A DNA stretch of 64,000 nucleotides from Pocillopora damicornis (taxonomy: Eukaryota): positions 248,001-312,000 of the forward strand of contig NW_020847607.1 of NCBI RefSeq assembly GCF_003704095.1, written 5' to 3'. Under the pieces are notes generated by a model. It was given only the letters and a program-made list of their open reading frames with translations, was not told the DNA's origin and made no database searches. Made by a program: the position numbers and the translations under genes. Shown piece by piece: positions 1-12,014 of the stretch (positions are counted from its first letter, which is position 1; every line of letters begins with the position of its first letter).

Positions 1-1218
1 ATTTCTGCAAATACAGCTCTTTTTAGACGAAATTGGATTGAAATTGGGTTTAAAAGTAATGTGAGGTTTTTACTTTATTCTAAAATTTAGAAATATGTAG
101 GTGCAGCGAGTGTTTTTTTTTTACCAGGGACGCGCTGTTCTCAGTTTTTGTTGGCGACAGGAATCCATGATTCTGATGTAACACAATCAAACCAGTACTA
201 GAACAATACTCCTTTCTCGAAATTTGTGAACCAAACTTAAAAATCGATCAAAAAGAAAAACAAACCCATATTGCGAAAGTACGTAGCACAAATTAAAAAA
301 GAATTTCAAATCACTGGAACTCACATAATCGGGAAACGACATTATGAAATTGCTCGTCTTCACAAACTTTTGTAAAACTAGGATTCATGAATATAACAGC
401 CTTCTGTCTGTTTTTTCCTAGCTGGAAATTTTTTTCTGGCTGAAAAAACACCTGACTGAAAGAACGTCGTAAGATTAACCCTAAGCAAATGAATTTCGTC
501 TTGTTATTTGCTAGTATAATTCTCGTCGCGGTAACTTATAGATGTATAGTGAGTATTATTTTAAGGAGACAGTTTGCAGAAAATGCTCTATTGTTAAAAC
601 GCAAACCATTGCCGCCTGCTACACGTATCAATTGACCGTTTTGGATTGAGAATATTTATTCGCATTCTTTGTGAACCTAAAAGGCTTTGAAAACTGTTAA
701 GAAACATTCCCTAGCGGGTATAATTTTCAGCATCTCGCTTTGAATTCGGAGCGATCGAATCTTGCACTTGACTATATTCTTTCGTGATAATTTTTCTATC
801 GATTGCGTGAGTTGGATTTAACATATTAGCTCTTTGATACATAACTTGGCATTGAAGTTATGAACTTTACATTCGTTTAACCGTCTGTTGTCTAAACACT
901 GGTCTCAATTTCGTCTCAGTGTTTATTATTTGAGCCCTATTCACTGTTTACAACTAATCATGGAACCTTTCGGCGACAGAGAGCAATTATAATGTATCCA
1001 ACCCAACAATGCCTTTTGTTTCTTCATTTGTACTTGCGCTTGAAATAAGCTAACAGAAAAACCTCCCAAAGAAATGCATTCTGCACGTAAAAAAACCTTC
1101 GGAAAGCATATTTATCCCTTCCCTTTCCGCTTTTATTTTCGAAGCTGCAGAATCCATAATCAAAATTCCTCAATAGATTTTTGTTTTAATAAAAGCAGCC
1201 TTTGAGTGCGGAACTTAC

Positions 1219-1667
1219 CGCATTGTATAATTACATTTGTAAAATAGGTAAATTTGGTGAAGTTTCCATAATTCACTCTCATAATTGTCCTCCTTGTCTT
1301 GTAGGGTTTTTAATGTAACTAGCAGTGGTTAAACAAAAAATATTTTCTTAGCTTTTAACAATCTAAGTGATAATTGCGAAGGTCAACCATTTCATAGCAT
1401 TTCAGACACTCACTAAATGTTTAAGTCGCAGAAATGTGATGTGCATGCAAAGAGCTGTGTATCTACGAAGATGCATACTGTCGTAATTCCCAGCAAATGT
1501 TGTTTATTAAACCGGCTAACCTTACCTTCTTTTTCTCCATTTCCCTCTCCTTCTCCTCCTCCTTCTTCTTCGCCTCCAGGAGCGGTTGTTTGGGCGTCCA
1601 CATCGTTTAGAAGACACACTATGAGGAGGAAATGCAGAATCAACGACAGGTTGCTTTTAGAGACCAT
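1219..1667 (-). CDS. 5' exons of an unidentified secreted or membrane protein (partial; continues leftwards)
   Basis: Exon 1 1667-1526: ATG, signal-peptide-like LSLILHFLLIVCLLNDVDA, acidic Gly/Glu stretch, donor G|GTAAG (phase 1). Exon 2 1318-1219: TAG acceptor, open in matching phase (VTLKTLQDKEDNYESELWKLHQIYLFYKCNYTMR), donor GTAAGT. Further exon candidates near 325-377 and 125-197 could not be phased consistently. Confidence 0.6.
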
Positions 1668-3214
1668 GTTTGACAGACAGATCTCCCAGAGGATTCCTTC
1701 GTGGTGAAAATTGCTCGTTTACTGCATAACACACCAGCGAAGAGCCCGACAAAGACTCGTAACTTTCGGAAAAGACGAACTTCACCTAGTGAAACCTGCC
1801 TGCTGGTGAAACAGAATCTGCGGGCTCGGTGAAGGAATTGTGAGGCGCATTATGCGGCGATCAAATGTCTGCTACAGCAGCCTCTGAATGATGTATTGTT
1901 TTTCTGGCTTAGCTCGTGACACGAGAGATACAGAGAAACAGAAAATCCTCTATGTCGAACAATTGCGTGCTTTGAAACTGGGTACACGCAATGTCAAGGG
2001 TCAGTTGAAATTGAGATACTGTTCAATCTGAATGATCTCTTTGTCACGAAAGGAGATGATCAAGAACGGAGTGATAGGTATTGGGAAATTTTAAAACTTT
2101 TCGTGTAAACAGACTGAACATTACTGTATTCATACCGGATGCGTTGCACCAATGTGCTCTTAATGTACATTAGTTGTCGAGGTGTCTCTAACTTCACGTG
2201 TTTGAACGTTATTTAATCACGCGATGAAACTGCGTTTGTGAGCTTGTGAACTGTGTCGTTAAAATTCCTTTATACTGATCGGTGAAAGGCGTTTTATCTT
2301 GCTAAAATGACTCTGCAATGGAATCGATGTTTCTCTACTCTTTCACTCGCCCTGAGCAGAGTTTAATTTGAGGTTAACTCGATGTGATCACATTTTTCTC
2401 ATTCCAGTTCGTTACCTGAGCAATCCTTAACATTTCCGGAATTGGAGATCCGTTTGACATAATATTAGGGACAGAAAATATCGAGAAAGAGTGTGCTGTT
2501 ACTAGGATGACAACTTTCTTGTAGCTATCGGAAGTCTGCGCTGGCTTGCGTGACTTGTTTTGCGTAAGTGCAGAAGTTGTTTGCAAGGAGGCTCTCATTA
2601 GCGCTGCAGGACACGCCTTTCTCCGCCTACGGGAAGATTTGGAACGAGTCATCAGAGTTCGATAGAGGTTAGCAGGGGATCTGGGGCTGATAAACATTAG
2701 TGCTGGAACCCATACCCCTTGCAAACCTCTCGCCGGCCCGGCCCGGCCCGCGTAGCAGAAGGCTTTATATTTTCAAAGAAGCGCCCGTGCCGAAGCGCTA
2801 AGAATGAAGACCAGCTCGCAAGCCACTCTAGAAGGGTCGCGCATGTTTTTTTTCTAGAAGGTACGATTCCTTAATTTCCTTTTTGTTCTCAAAATTCGTT
2901 CTTGGTCAGCCCTTTAAAGTCAAGCAACACCTTGTGGCCACAAGTTATGGTCTTTGTTTCGAATACATCCACATTTATCTTTTAGACACTTCAACTTATT
3001 TAGTTTGGTTCGATCGTTTTGTGCAATCGAATCATTAATCTATTATTCACATTTATCAACTGTTTGTACGCCTTGCAGACCTGTGTGCCGCAATCCGGCG
3101 GGGAAACCTTGTGTTATTGGCTAAGTAAAGGTTCTAGAAAGTCTTAATAGGGCTGCACTTGTCCAGGAGCAAAATTGGGCTCGCCTGAACGTTTCATGTT
3201 CATCACAACCTTTA

Positions 3215-6200
3215 TCACGGCGCATGTGCCATCGTTAGCAGTTCCTTGAGTCTCATTAGAGCACAGTCTGCCGTGAGACGAGCCTCGGGGTCTGGATCCC
3301 AACATTCTTGTACTGTCTGACAGAACGTTTTTAATCCCTATGTAATTGAAAGATAATAAATTATCAGTAAATACGATTGTTTAGTCATTTACAAATGATA
3401 AAGGATTTCCGGCCAAGTTCTAACTGCTACCAGAGCGGTACGATTTTATAAAAATTTCATGATCTTATTTGGCAGAGGGAGACCGGAAAGGAACAGTCAA
3501 AAAGCAAATTATTGGGGAGGGGAGGGTGATAGTGCTGGTGGATTTTGACACTCTGATCTAACTTTAATCCAAAGTGATGAAAAACGAAAGAAGAAAATGT
3601 CATTCTGCTATATGTAAAAGATGGCACCAAAATGTGGTCGACGGTTAACAAAAAATGACACACCAAGAGAATCATTTGTAAAAAATTCAAATTTGCCCCA
3701 TAGCGGTAGAAATAATTCAAAGAGGAAGAATTGGGTTTCTTTACCTTGATCTTTAAATTGATCGAACGCTACATGTACTCTCAGTTATTAATTGTTTTTG
3801 TTTTTTTTTTTCAAAGTCTTTCCTTACAATGCTGTTCAAAGCAAAGAAAACAGTTTTAATTGTATAACGAAAGTCATCCGTATTTATTATAATAGATCAC
3901 GGGAAATGACCAATCAGAACTCGCGTAATATTCAGTCCACTGAATAATTAACATATAGATTCCATGTCGCCGTGCGTTCGTTAAGTAATAGATCAGTACA
4001 GGCGTCAAAATAAGGTCAGAACTAAAAAGAGGCACAGGAGTGGGTAGCCGCGTGTATCACCGATGTGCTTGCCACATTTTGGCGTCCCTCGGTCATCTAT
4101 AACTGTACAGACACACGTCAAAATGGAATCTACTTGTTTTAAATGATGAAAATGCAAAATGTTGTCAATGGTGACGTCATCTACGCCTCTGTCTTCTAAC
4201 AGATAATGAGTAAAAGCCAATCGAAAAATTCGTGTGTACAAAATCAGCTTATCATACAAACATTGTTAGAGAGTAATATTACATTCTGTGATCAAACCTT
4301 ACCTCGTGGCTAGTGCATGGAAATTGTGGCCTGCACTGCTTTAGGGCAACAACTTCAACCATAACACTCAATGTTGCATCGGAATCAACCACTTCCCCAA
4401 ACGGTAGCTTATAGGAACCTGGGCTATGATCTGAAAGAAAATGGACCACAAGATTTCCTTTTGTTTTCGATAACAGTAAAAGAACCACGTGCAGTCAAAC
4501 TCGGTTTGTAATTATACGAGTGATTCACATGCTCGGAGGACCGCGAAGCAGGAGTCTGACTTACTACTCACGAGAATGATCACGAACAGAGTTGGACGAA
4601 ACAACGAGAACGAATGGCGCTAACTTTCAAATCACACAGGCATGACGCTTAAAATGTCCGCTTACATTTTCCAATTACAAGCATGGCTTGCGCGCTATCA
4701 TATTAATAATGGTAATAGGACTAAGTGGAGTCCAATTCGGTCTGCAAACATAGGAGTGACTAAAAAAGCGGACGACCACTAATACTTAATAATGACAATA
4801 GGACTGAGTGAAGTTCAATTCGGTCTGTTATCATACGAACGATAAACAAAATCAGACAATTTCGAAGCAGGAGTCCGATTTGTCAATCACGAGTATGATT
4901 ATAGACAGAATTGGACGACGTCACACAAAACAAATACATTTAGGACAAACATCTCCGGTACAGACAATGTCCTAAGTAAAAAATTCCTCCATTTTGAAAA
5001 TTCCCTGGCTTTTTTCCTTTTTTTTTTTTTTTAGGATAAGTGGTTGTTGTTATGGTTATTGTGATCAATTCAGTGATTGGTGGAGTAAGTTGAATGGACC
5101 TAATATGATTGGCTGCTTTAACTGTCCGATTACAGGTATCCGATTACAGCCAACTGTCCAATAACACTGTTCGATTAAAACTGTGCAGAATGATTAGAGA
5201 AAAATAAAGCAGCTGATGCATCAATCACATTTGAGGAAATTGTAAAGGCTACGATTGGTGCTGAAATCGGGTTACTGACCGATAACACAGCCTGTACCAA
5301 TCACTGAGCTGGGTCGTCGCCCGAGACCGCCATCTTGAAAATCGAGAACGGGACAAATATGCCCGAAGACAACATCGTTCTTAATTTTTTTTTTTCGATT
5401 TAGGAAAGAAAATTTACATGTTCAGCATAGGCTTGAAAAGTTACCTTACCTGCAACTGCGCACCGTGAAACAATCTCCCAAAGCACCAGTGCCATAGAAT
5501 AGACATCCATTTGTTTAAAGGTTTCTGTGCTGTCCAGGTCAACCGTGGTTAACAGTTCCTCAGGGGACATGTACCTGTATGTGCCAACTTGCATCTGTCA
5601 AAGTCAGACGAGCAGCAATTTGTTCTGAGTTAGCAGGAATAACAAGATATTGTACATCTTTTTTCCTAGGAAGGCCCTGAGAACGAATTTAAGTACTATA
5701 AACTCTCTAAGAGACCCTCATCTTGAAATCTGAGCCACCCTCCCGTCTCTCGCCCATAAGCCCTCTCCTTTTCATTCCGTTCTCCTCAAAAACTACAAAA
5801 TATAATATTTATTGCCATTTGTTAGGGTTTTGAAGTAGTCTCGTACCCAGACCTTCCATGGCCAAGTGGTTACAGTTGCACGGTAGGATCTGGGAAGGAG
5901 ATTGCCTTGGTAGTTGGTACACTACGCGTGGAATGATGGGAGAGTCTTTTTACCCAAACATAACGCACTGCACCCCCAGTCGCCCTTCCTTCCGCCTTCA
6001 GGCACTCTTTAATAAACCTCCCTACCTTTTCGCTTCCATCTTCGATACAACCCAGAGACAAAGCCAAGCCAAAGTCGGAGATAACGCTGGTTCCATCTTT
6101 CCTCACCAAAATGTTCGTGCTTTTTAAATCCCGATGGGCGACAGCAACTTTCGCGCGACCATCGGGAAAGCTTTCCGATTGAAGAAAGGCAACTCCGTTT

Positions 6201-9200
6201 GTTATACCGCTGGCCAAGAAGATTGCTTCATTCCAACTCAGTGTTTTCTTCAGCAGATATTCTCGAAGTGAACCATTCTCGCAATAATCTATGGCTAACC
6301 AAAGTGGTTCGTCTTTTCCTCCCAGAAATTCATTGTAAATTAGCTTAGAAATATTTGGATGATCTCCAGATAATAACTCGTAGATGGCACGCTCTTTCTG
6401 CCAGGACAATTTGGTTGCCTCTAGATAAACCTTTACAGCAACAGGCTGTTCTTTAATGCGACCCTTCCAAACAGTAGAATATCTTCCTTGGGACAACACT
6501 TTCTCTAAGCTTACAAGCCCTCTCTCTCCCACATCTGTCATAGTTCTTTGAGCATCCAGTCCGGTCACAGAGGAAATTTCAACCAGGTCTGATAACTTTG
6601 AATCCACAGAATGGTTGCATTTACGAAGGCGATTTATCAGCCCTGCGATAAGAACTGATATCAGCACGGCAGTGACACTGATCCACGTTATTGTAGAGGT
6701 GTCTTTACTTGATTTCTTTTGTATCTCAGGTTCTGGCTTTCTTTCCTCTTTCTTTCTTGATAAAACTTTTGGATGAGTAAGATTCCCTAAATATAAAAAA
6801 AAAATTAAAAAAACCGAAGTGAGATTATTTTAGGGCTGAGGGCGTAAATCTGAAATGATAAACAAGTGCTCATCTTCACATCAGATTCTGGTGGCTATTT
6901 GTTAAACAACCGTTTTCTTAGGCTGAACTGAAAAAAGATGCTATTTAGCACCATTCGAGAAAAATGTGCACTGCTGAGAGCCAATCAGATTGCAATAATC
7001 ACTAATGATTCCAAAATGCATTAAATAAAGGCCGAAATCTCATGGTTAGATGGCGGTCTCACCTCATACTACTAATACCACGACATCCCCTCTAAAGTCT
7101 CTATGCCATGGAAACAAAAGGAGTTAAGGGTGCCGTGACTGAATCTATCCCTGGTCCAGATATATTTCTGTTTTCCAGTAAGCGCTTCAAAGAATTATGG
7201 ATCATAAAGCAATTTTCAATTTAGTGGCGAAAGTAACCCGAGATTGTTTTCGATTAATGAATTCAGTCAGTGGTTTGTCTACAAAACTCGCGCCATCCTC
7301 TAAACCCAATCAGGCACAAAACGAAAACTAATCGTAACTTGGTCACCCGCGTTTTCCCGCGATTTTGATAGTTGTGGCTGCTTTTAATCTGATTGTTCAT
7401 TGGCTAATGATGATGTAAGCCTTTTTATGATTGGTCATTGTGATAACTTAGCTTTGGTTTTGGTTTTTTGACAGGCAATTAATTGAATACTGCCCTAACC
7501 AAAAATTGTTTGAGAGCTTTTTAGTTTAATAAGTTATCCCTCCATTTCAAACTCAACAGAAAGAAAACTTTGCTAAAAGAAATAATCTCAACAAAAGTCT
7601 TGTACTCACGTGTTTGTCGCAAATTTTTCGGTTTCATTCTCCTGAAAACTTGTTTTATATTTTTTATGACCGGCTCTATTGGATTTCTGTTACAGTTGCT
7701 GCCCTGACACAAACAAGTTCTCGTTCCGTTTAAAATCTTTGACTCACACTTCGCTTGGTAATGAGAGGAATTGGAAAAAGGGGGAAGCGGAAAACAACTT
7801 GTGAACATCGACAGCTTTTGGCCTTTCCAACGCCATGTTGCAAGGCATAAGTCGTCTTCTCTTCTACAGAGTTTTGTTCGACCGCAGTTGCTCTCACATA
7901 CACCCGTTGTCTTGTTACAATGTGCCAAAGATTTCCGACAAGATACACAGGAGCGACTGCAGAGTGTGGTTGTAATGTCTTCAAAGTTAACCAGGAAAAA
8001 AAAACAGTGTGCTTGTAAATTAGTTGGAAAAATTGCGACTCAGTTAGCATGATTAACCATTTACACCCTAATATCAGTATGTATATTCTCCATACTGATT
8101 TCCAGACATTTCCTAAGGTGTTGCCAAGGAGAATTTGTATAATGGTCAAGAGCTTGTGTAGTTGGTGATCATTTCCTTTATTCTCGTGACCTTTTATGTG
8201 TGATTCAGGGATGATGTTGTCAGAAGGAATTAGATTCTAGTCTTTCTTAGGGGTAAAAGGGTTAAGAAACAACGATACGTGTCAAGAGATCAACAATCCA
8301 AACACTCTCCACTTTTTCTACGCCCCTCCTCCCCTGAAAATTTCCCATTATTAGGAACTTAAGGGTGCGACCCCCAACCCCCTCCCTCCCCCCTACAGAC
8401 AAACGTGGACGTCGTGACATACGAATCGAGCACAGCAAGGTCCATACGTCAAATATTTCCCCGTCCAGTTCGACGAAACTCAGTAAATATGTATTTGCGT
8501 GTGACTGTTGAGTCTAAGGCGAACGCGCACCACAAAAAGATTCAGCAATGAAAAAGAAAAATTTCCTGCTTTCTCATCTCTTTCCTATTTTAAGCCTAAC
8601 TGTGCAATTAGAATTCGCCTTCTTGGAAAATGCAACAGAGCCGTGCTAGTCCCGAGCCCATGGCCGGGCGGCTTTTCCGGCCCGCAACTCATGTCAATTT
8701 GTCCGGCCCTGCACCCCTTAACTCTCATTAAAGTTTTCTATAGCATTGCGTGTGGGGGGCCTGTGTGCCGCGCGACAGGAGTCATATGATTAATTCAACT
8801 TAAGAGCTGCATGATAAATGTAACTTTAACTGCCGCTGTCTCCGCAATTTTATCGATTATCCTATACACAAATATTAGAATACTATGTTGTAAACAATTG
8901 TTGTGAAGTTAACAAAACCGGCGAACCTTGGCCCTGGTATAAACTTGTGACGAGAGAAATGAAAGGGGTAAGTTTTTCAAGAAGCTGTGGTGCTGCGTCG
9001 GTGGGGAGTACACGAGATAATGTAAATTGTCCACGGTAGAGAGCTTTTGAAGCTGATGTTTCGAACGTTTGCCCTTCGTTAGAGCGAAACATTACATCAG
9101 AATGAAAAACTCGAAAGGTCAGCTTTAGACTCTCTCTTTGTGACCAGAAAGGTTTTAAAAAACTCTTCGAAGTTACTTAAGAGTATTCTATGATACCCAT

Positions 9201-9320
9201 AGGCTAGTAACAAAATAATAATCAGAAATCCATCTTGCACGAAAAATACGACTTACCCAAAGCCAATATGAGTACTGTAAGAAAAAAATGCTGTGTAAAA
9301 TATATTTTTACATTTCCCAT
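3215..9320 (-). CDS. TGFBR2: TGF-beta receptor type II-like serine/threonine kinase receptor, 6 exons, 529 aa
   Basis: Exons 9320-9257 (signal peptide [21 protein letters not shown]), 7978-7610 (ectodomain with the 12-Cys TGFBR2 spacing, [27 protein letters not shown]), 6786-6026 (TM plus kinase [15 protein letters not shown]), 5594-5450 ([28 protein letters not shown]), 4430-4303, 3337-3215 ([13 protein letters not shown]..stop). All GT-AG, phases 1,1,0,1,0, total 1590 nt. No GS box, hence type II. Confidence 0.9.
4488..5280. repeat. Dispersed repeat with internally reiterated degenerate copies in TGFBR2 intron 4
   Basis: Three degenerate versions of taataggactgagtggagtccaattcggtctg..atacgagtgat (about 4488, 4710, 4795); a related reverse copy lies near 56740-56850. 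Boundaries approximate. Confidence 0.55.
8053..8265. mobile_element. TTAA-flanked MITE (piggyBac-like ends)
   Basis: Starts ttaaccatttacacccta, ends taggggtaaaagggttaa (inverted termini, TTAA both sides); related copies elsewhere in the window. Confidence 0.7.
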
Positions 9321-11799
9321 TGCGATCAGAGAGTAGCAAGTGGTAGTACCTGTCTTAAAGAAAGAAAAAGAAAAACACGCTACCCACATTGCGTCCGGTC
9401 TGCGATTGTGAATTAATTTCCCCTTGATATGAATTTCATGATACGCAGTTTAGAGAAAGAGTTACTTGTTTTTGTATTCAAAAACACCTTGTATACTTTG
9501 TATTTACGCTTGATAACAGAAATAATTGAGCATTATATCGCAAGCGTGTAGCAATAATTAACCATCAAATGGAACTATTAGTAGGCGCATTGGTGCTAAT
9601 TAGAACCGGTTGCGCACTGACGCTAATGCGAAATGCATACATAGATCATTATGCCTCGAAAAAAAATCGGGCTATTTTCTCTTCAAATACGTTCTCATTT
9701 AAGACAAACTTTTGCGGTCTGTTTGGACTATCTGGTTGGACTAGAACTTTCCTCTATTTTTTCGCCTTTGTAAAGCACAGCGTCTCACTTTTAAACAATA
9801 ATTGTTATGGTCATTAACACCATGGTTTTGGGAACAAAGCGAAGGATTTGGCGCACACGTGTTCTATTTTCTGAGTTTAGGTGGACAGTGACTTTCGCAC
9901 AGCGGCCCCTTTGCAGCCACACAAGTTCACACAGTTTTTTTCATTTTGAAATTTTTTATAAAACATCGGGCTAACCATCCAGCAGAGATAATTTTTAAAT
10001 ACTGCCTATTAGAAAGAGGTTAAATTTTTTTGCATACGGCCAATTTTAATGCATCATTAAAACATAGGGCACGTGTTTATAACAAAATCTACATTGCAGG
10101 AGTATCATATGACTCGAGGCAGAAAGTTATTCTGTCTAAACAATTCGAAAACAACCCCTGCTGCTTTTCTTTCCTTGTCATGTTTTAATAAGTATGGAAA
10201 CAATTTTTTCTAAACTCTATGCGTAAGGTTAATTTTCAGGAAAAGCTTGAAATGTTAATAATCACCCGAGAGGTATACTTTCTTTAAAAGTTCCCCATTG
10301 ATAGCTTTACTAGATTCAAAAACGTCACTTTAAATATGGTAACCTTCTTGTAGCAAGGCAAAACTCTCTTATTTGTGATAAACATGAAATTTGATTGCTC
10401 GGGTTAAACTAAACGCAAAACATGATGTGATCTGAACTTCGAAAGACATGAATTAATTTTTTTTATCAATAAAATTTACAGGCAGGGGTCTTATTTTAAA
10501 AGGAAATGAAGATTAGCATTTAGAAAGTTTCCGGCAAATTAGTCCATGTCTGCTGTGGCTCTAAGATCAAATGAAATTTTAAAGGGATCGCTCTTTACTG
10601 AAAATGATCTGAATTGTAAATTGTGTCTCCATATACGCCAAGTAATCCGGTGAATTAAGATGCAAACTTATGATTAAAAGTGTTATGCCGACTTTACCCA
10701 ACACATGTGCGTGTGGTAATAAAAATTCATGAAACAGAACTCCAGGATTAAGGGATTGGACAAAAAAATGCATTAAAACCTTGTCTGGTTCATCTGAAGA
10801 CACAACACAGGAAAGCATGTGTGCGATTTGTTTGGCATTTCATGGGAGCGCAATCAAAATAAAACTGATATCCGCTGAGAGACACATCATACGTAAAATG
10901 GCCTTTGGAACTGTCCGGTGATAGTTCTTTGTTAGCACTGTTTGTTGATGTGGCACGGAAGCAATTGATATTTCGATATGTCGAAAGGAGCGGTGGATAT
11001 GGTCGGTGAAGAAAGACTATTTTGGTTGGATCTGATGGTCGCAGCGGCAACTCAGTTCTGTTTCACAATGAACACGGAGTTTACGCAAGAAACAATCATA
11101 CTCTGGTGACACGAAACAAACGAGGTTTAAGGTTGGTGAAATTTGTTAGTTCAGCCCCTCTATTCTTTAAAATGCTACGTTAAAATGAACCTAACCATCA
11201 ACAATAGAGATAACAAGCGGATGTGGCTCTGATTTTATGATTTTAGTTGTGACGCGAAGGAGAGTCGGGAACAAACGTAGTACGTGAACAGCACATACTT
11301 AGAGAACTTGACGATCGCGAGAGTCACGCGTCGCGCGCGGACACGGGCTTAAGTCCACACAAACTCCACGCTTCTAAGAGGCTAATGAGCAACACTAAGA
11401 CACAAGAAGGATCAAGATGTTTAATATTTTACAAGTGGGTCGGTTCCAATTTCCATACGACAGAGAACAATTCCTAGCTAATCACACGTTTTATGTTTAT
11501 CAAAAGTTCCTCTATGTCCCTTTTTTTCTTCGTTTTATGAAATGTAACGACATGTACTGTTAGACTTGGAAAGATCGTAACGTCGGTGATGTCAACAAAG
11601 CTATTGGTGTGCATAGTGTATATCCCGGGCGCTTAATCGAGGTGCCCTTTAATCGGGAAGAGAGAGAGCGCTGTTGACTGTAAAATAATGTCAGATTTAC
11701 GGCGGACTAGGAACGTTTCGCGAGGAAAGCCAAATCAATTCTTATCATTGGTTTATGGGTAGTTACAATCAAAATACGGTGAAAGTAAGCCATTCAATA

Positions 11800-12014
11800 T
11801 TAAAGAGATATAGAAGGATTCGAAATCAGAAGTGTCCAAATTCGGATCGGACGTACCCGAAATCAGATCGGGGCTTCCGAAATCGGACGAAAGTGTTCGA
11901 AACAGGACGGCGGCGTCCAAAATTGGGCAGAAGGGTCCAGATTCAGAGGAAAATTTCAGAATTCGTTTATAGACCTTTGCCAAATCGGAGGGAACGTCCA
12001 AAATCGTGCTAATT
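11800..12014 (+). repeat. Degenerate tandem array of a 20-bp palindromic unit (approx. GTCCGAAATCGGACGGAAGT)
   Basis: cgaaatc-like cores recur at 11858, 11878, 11898, 11918, 11938; homologous to the reverse complement of 51665-52090. Confidence 0.75.

Noticed and set aside
11753-12012. ORFs on both strands over the 20-bp array (also 51747-52058)
   Set aside because: A 20-bp period is not codon-phased; open frames arise from the stop-poor repeat.
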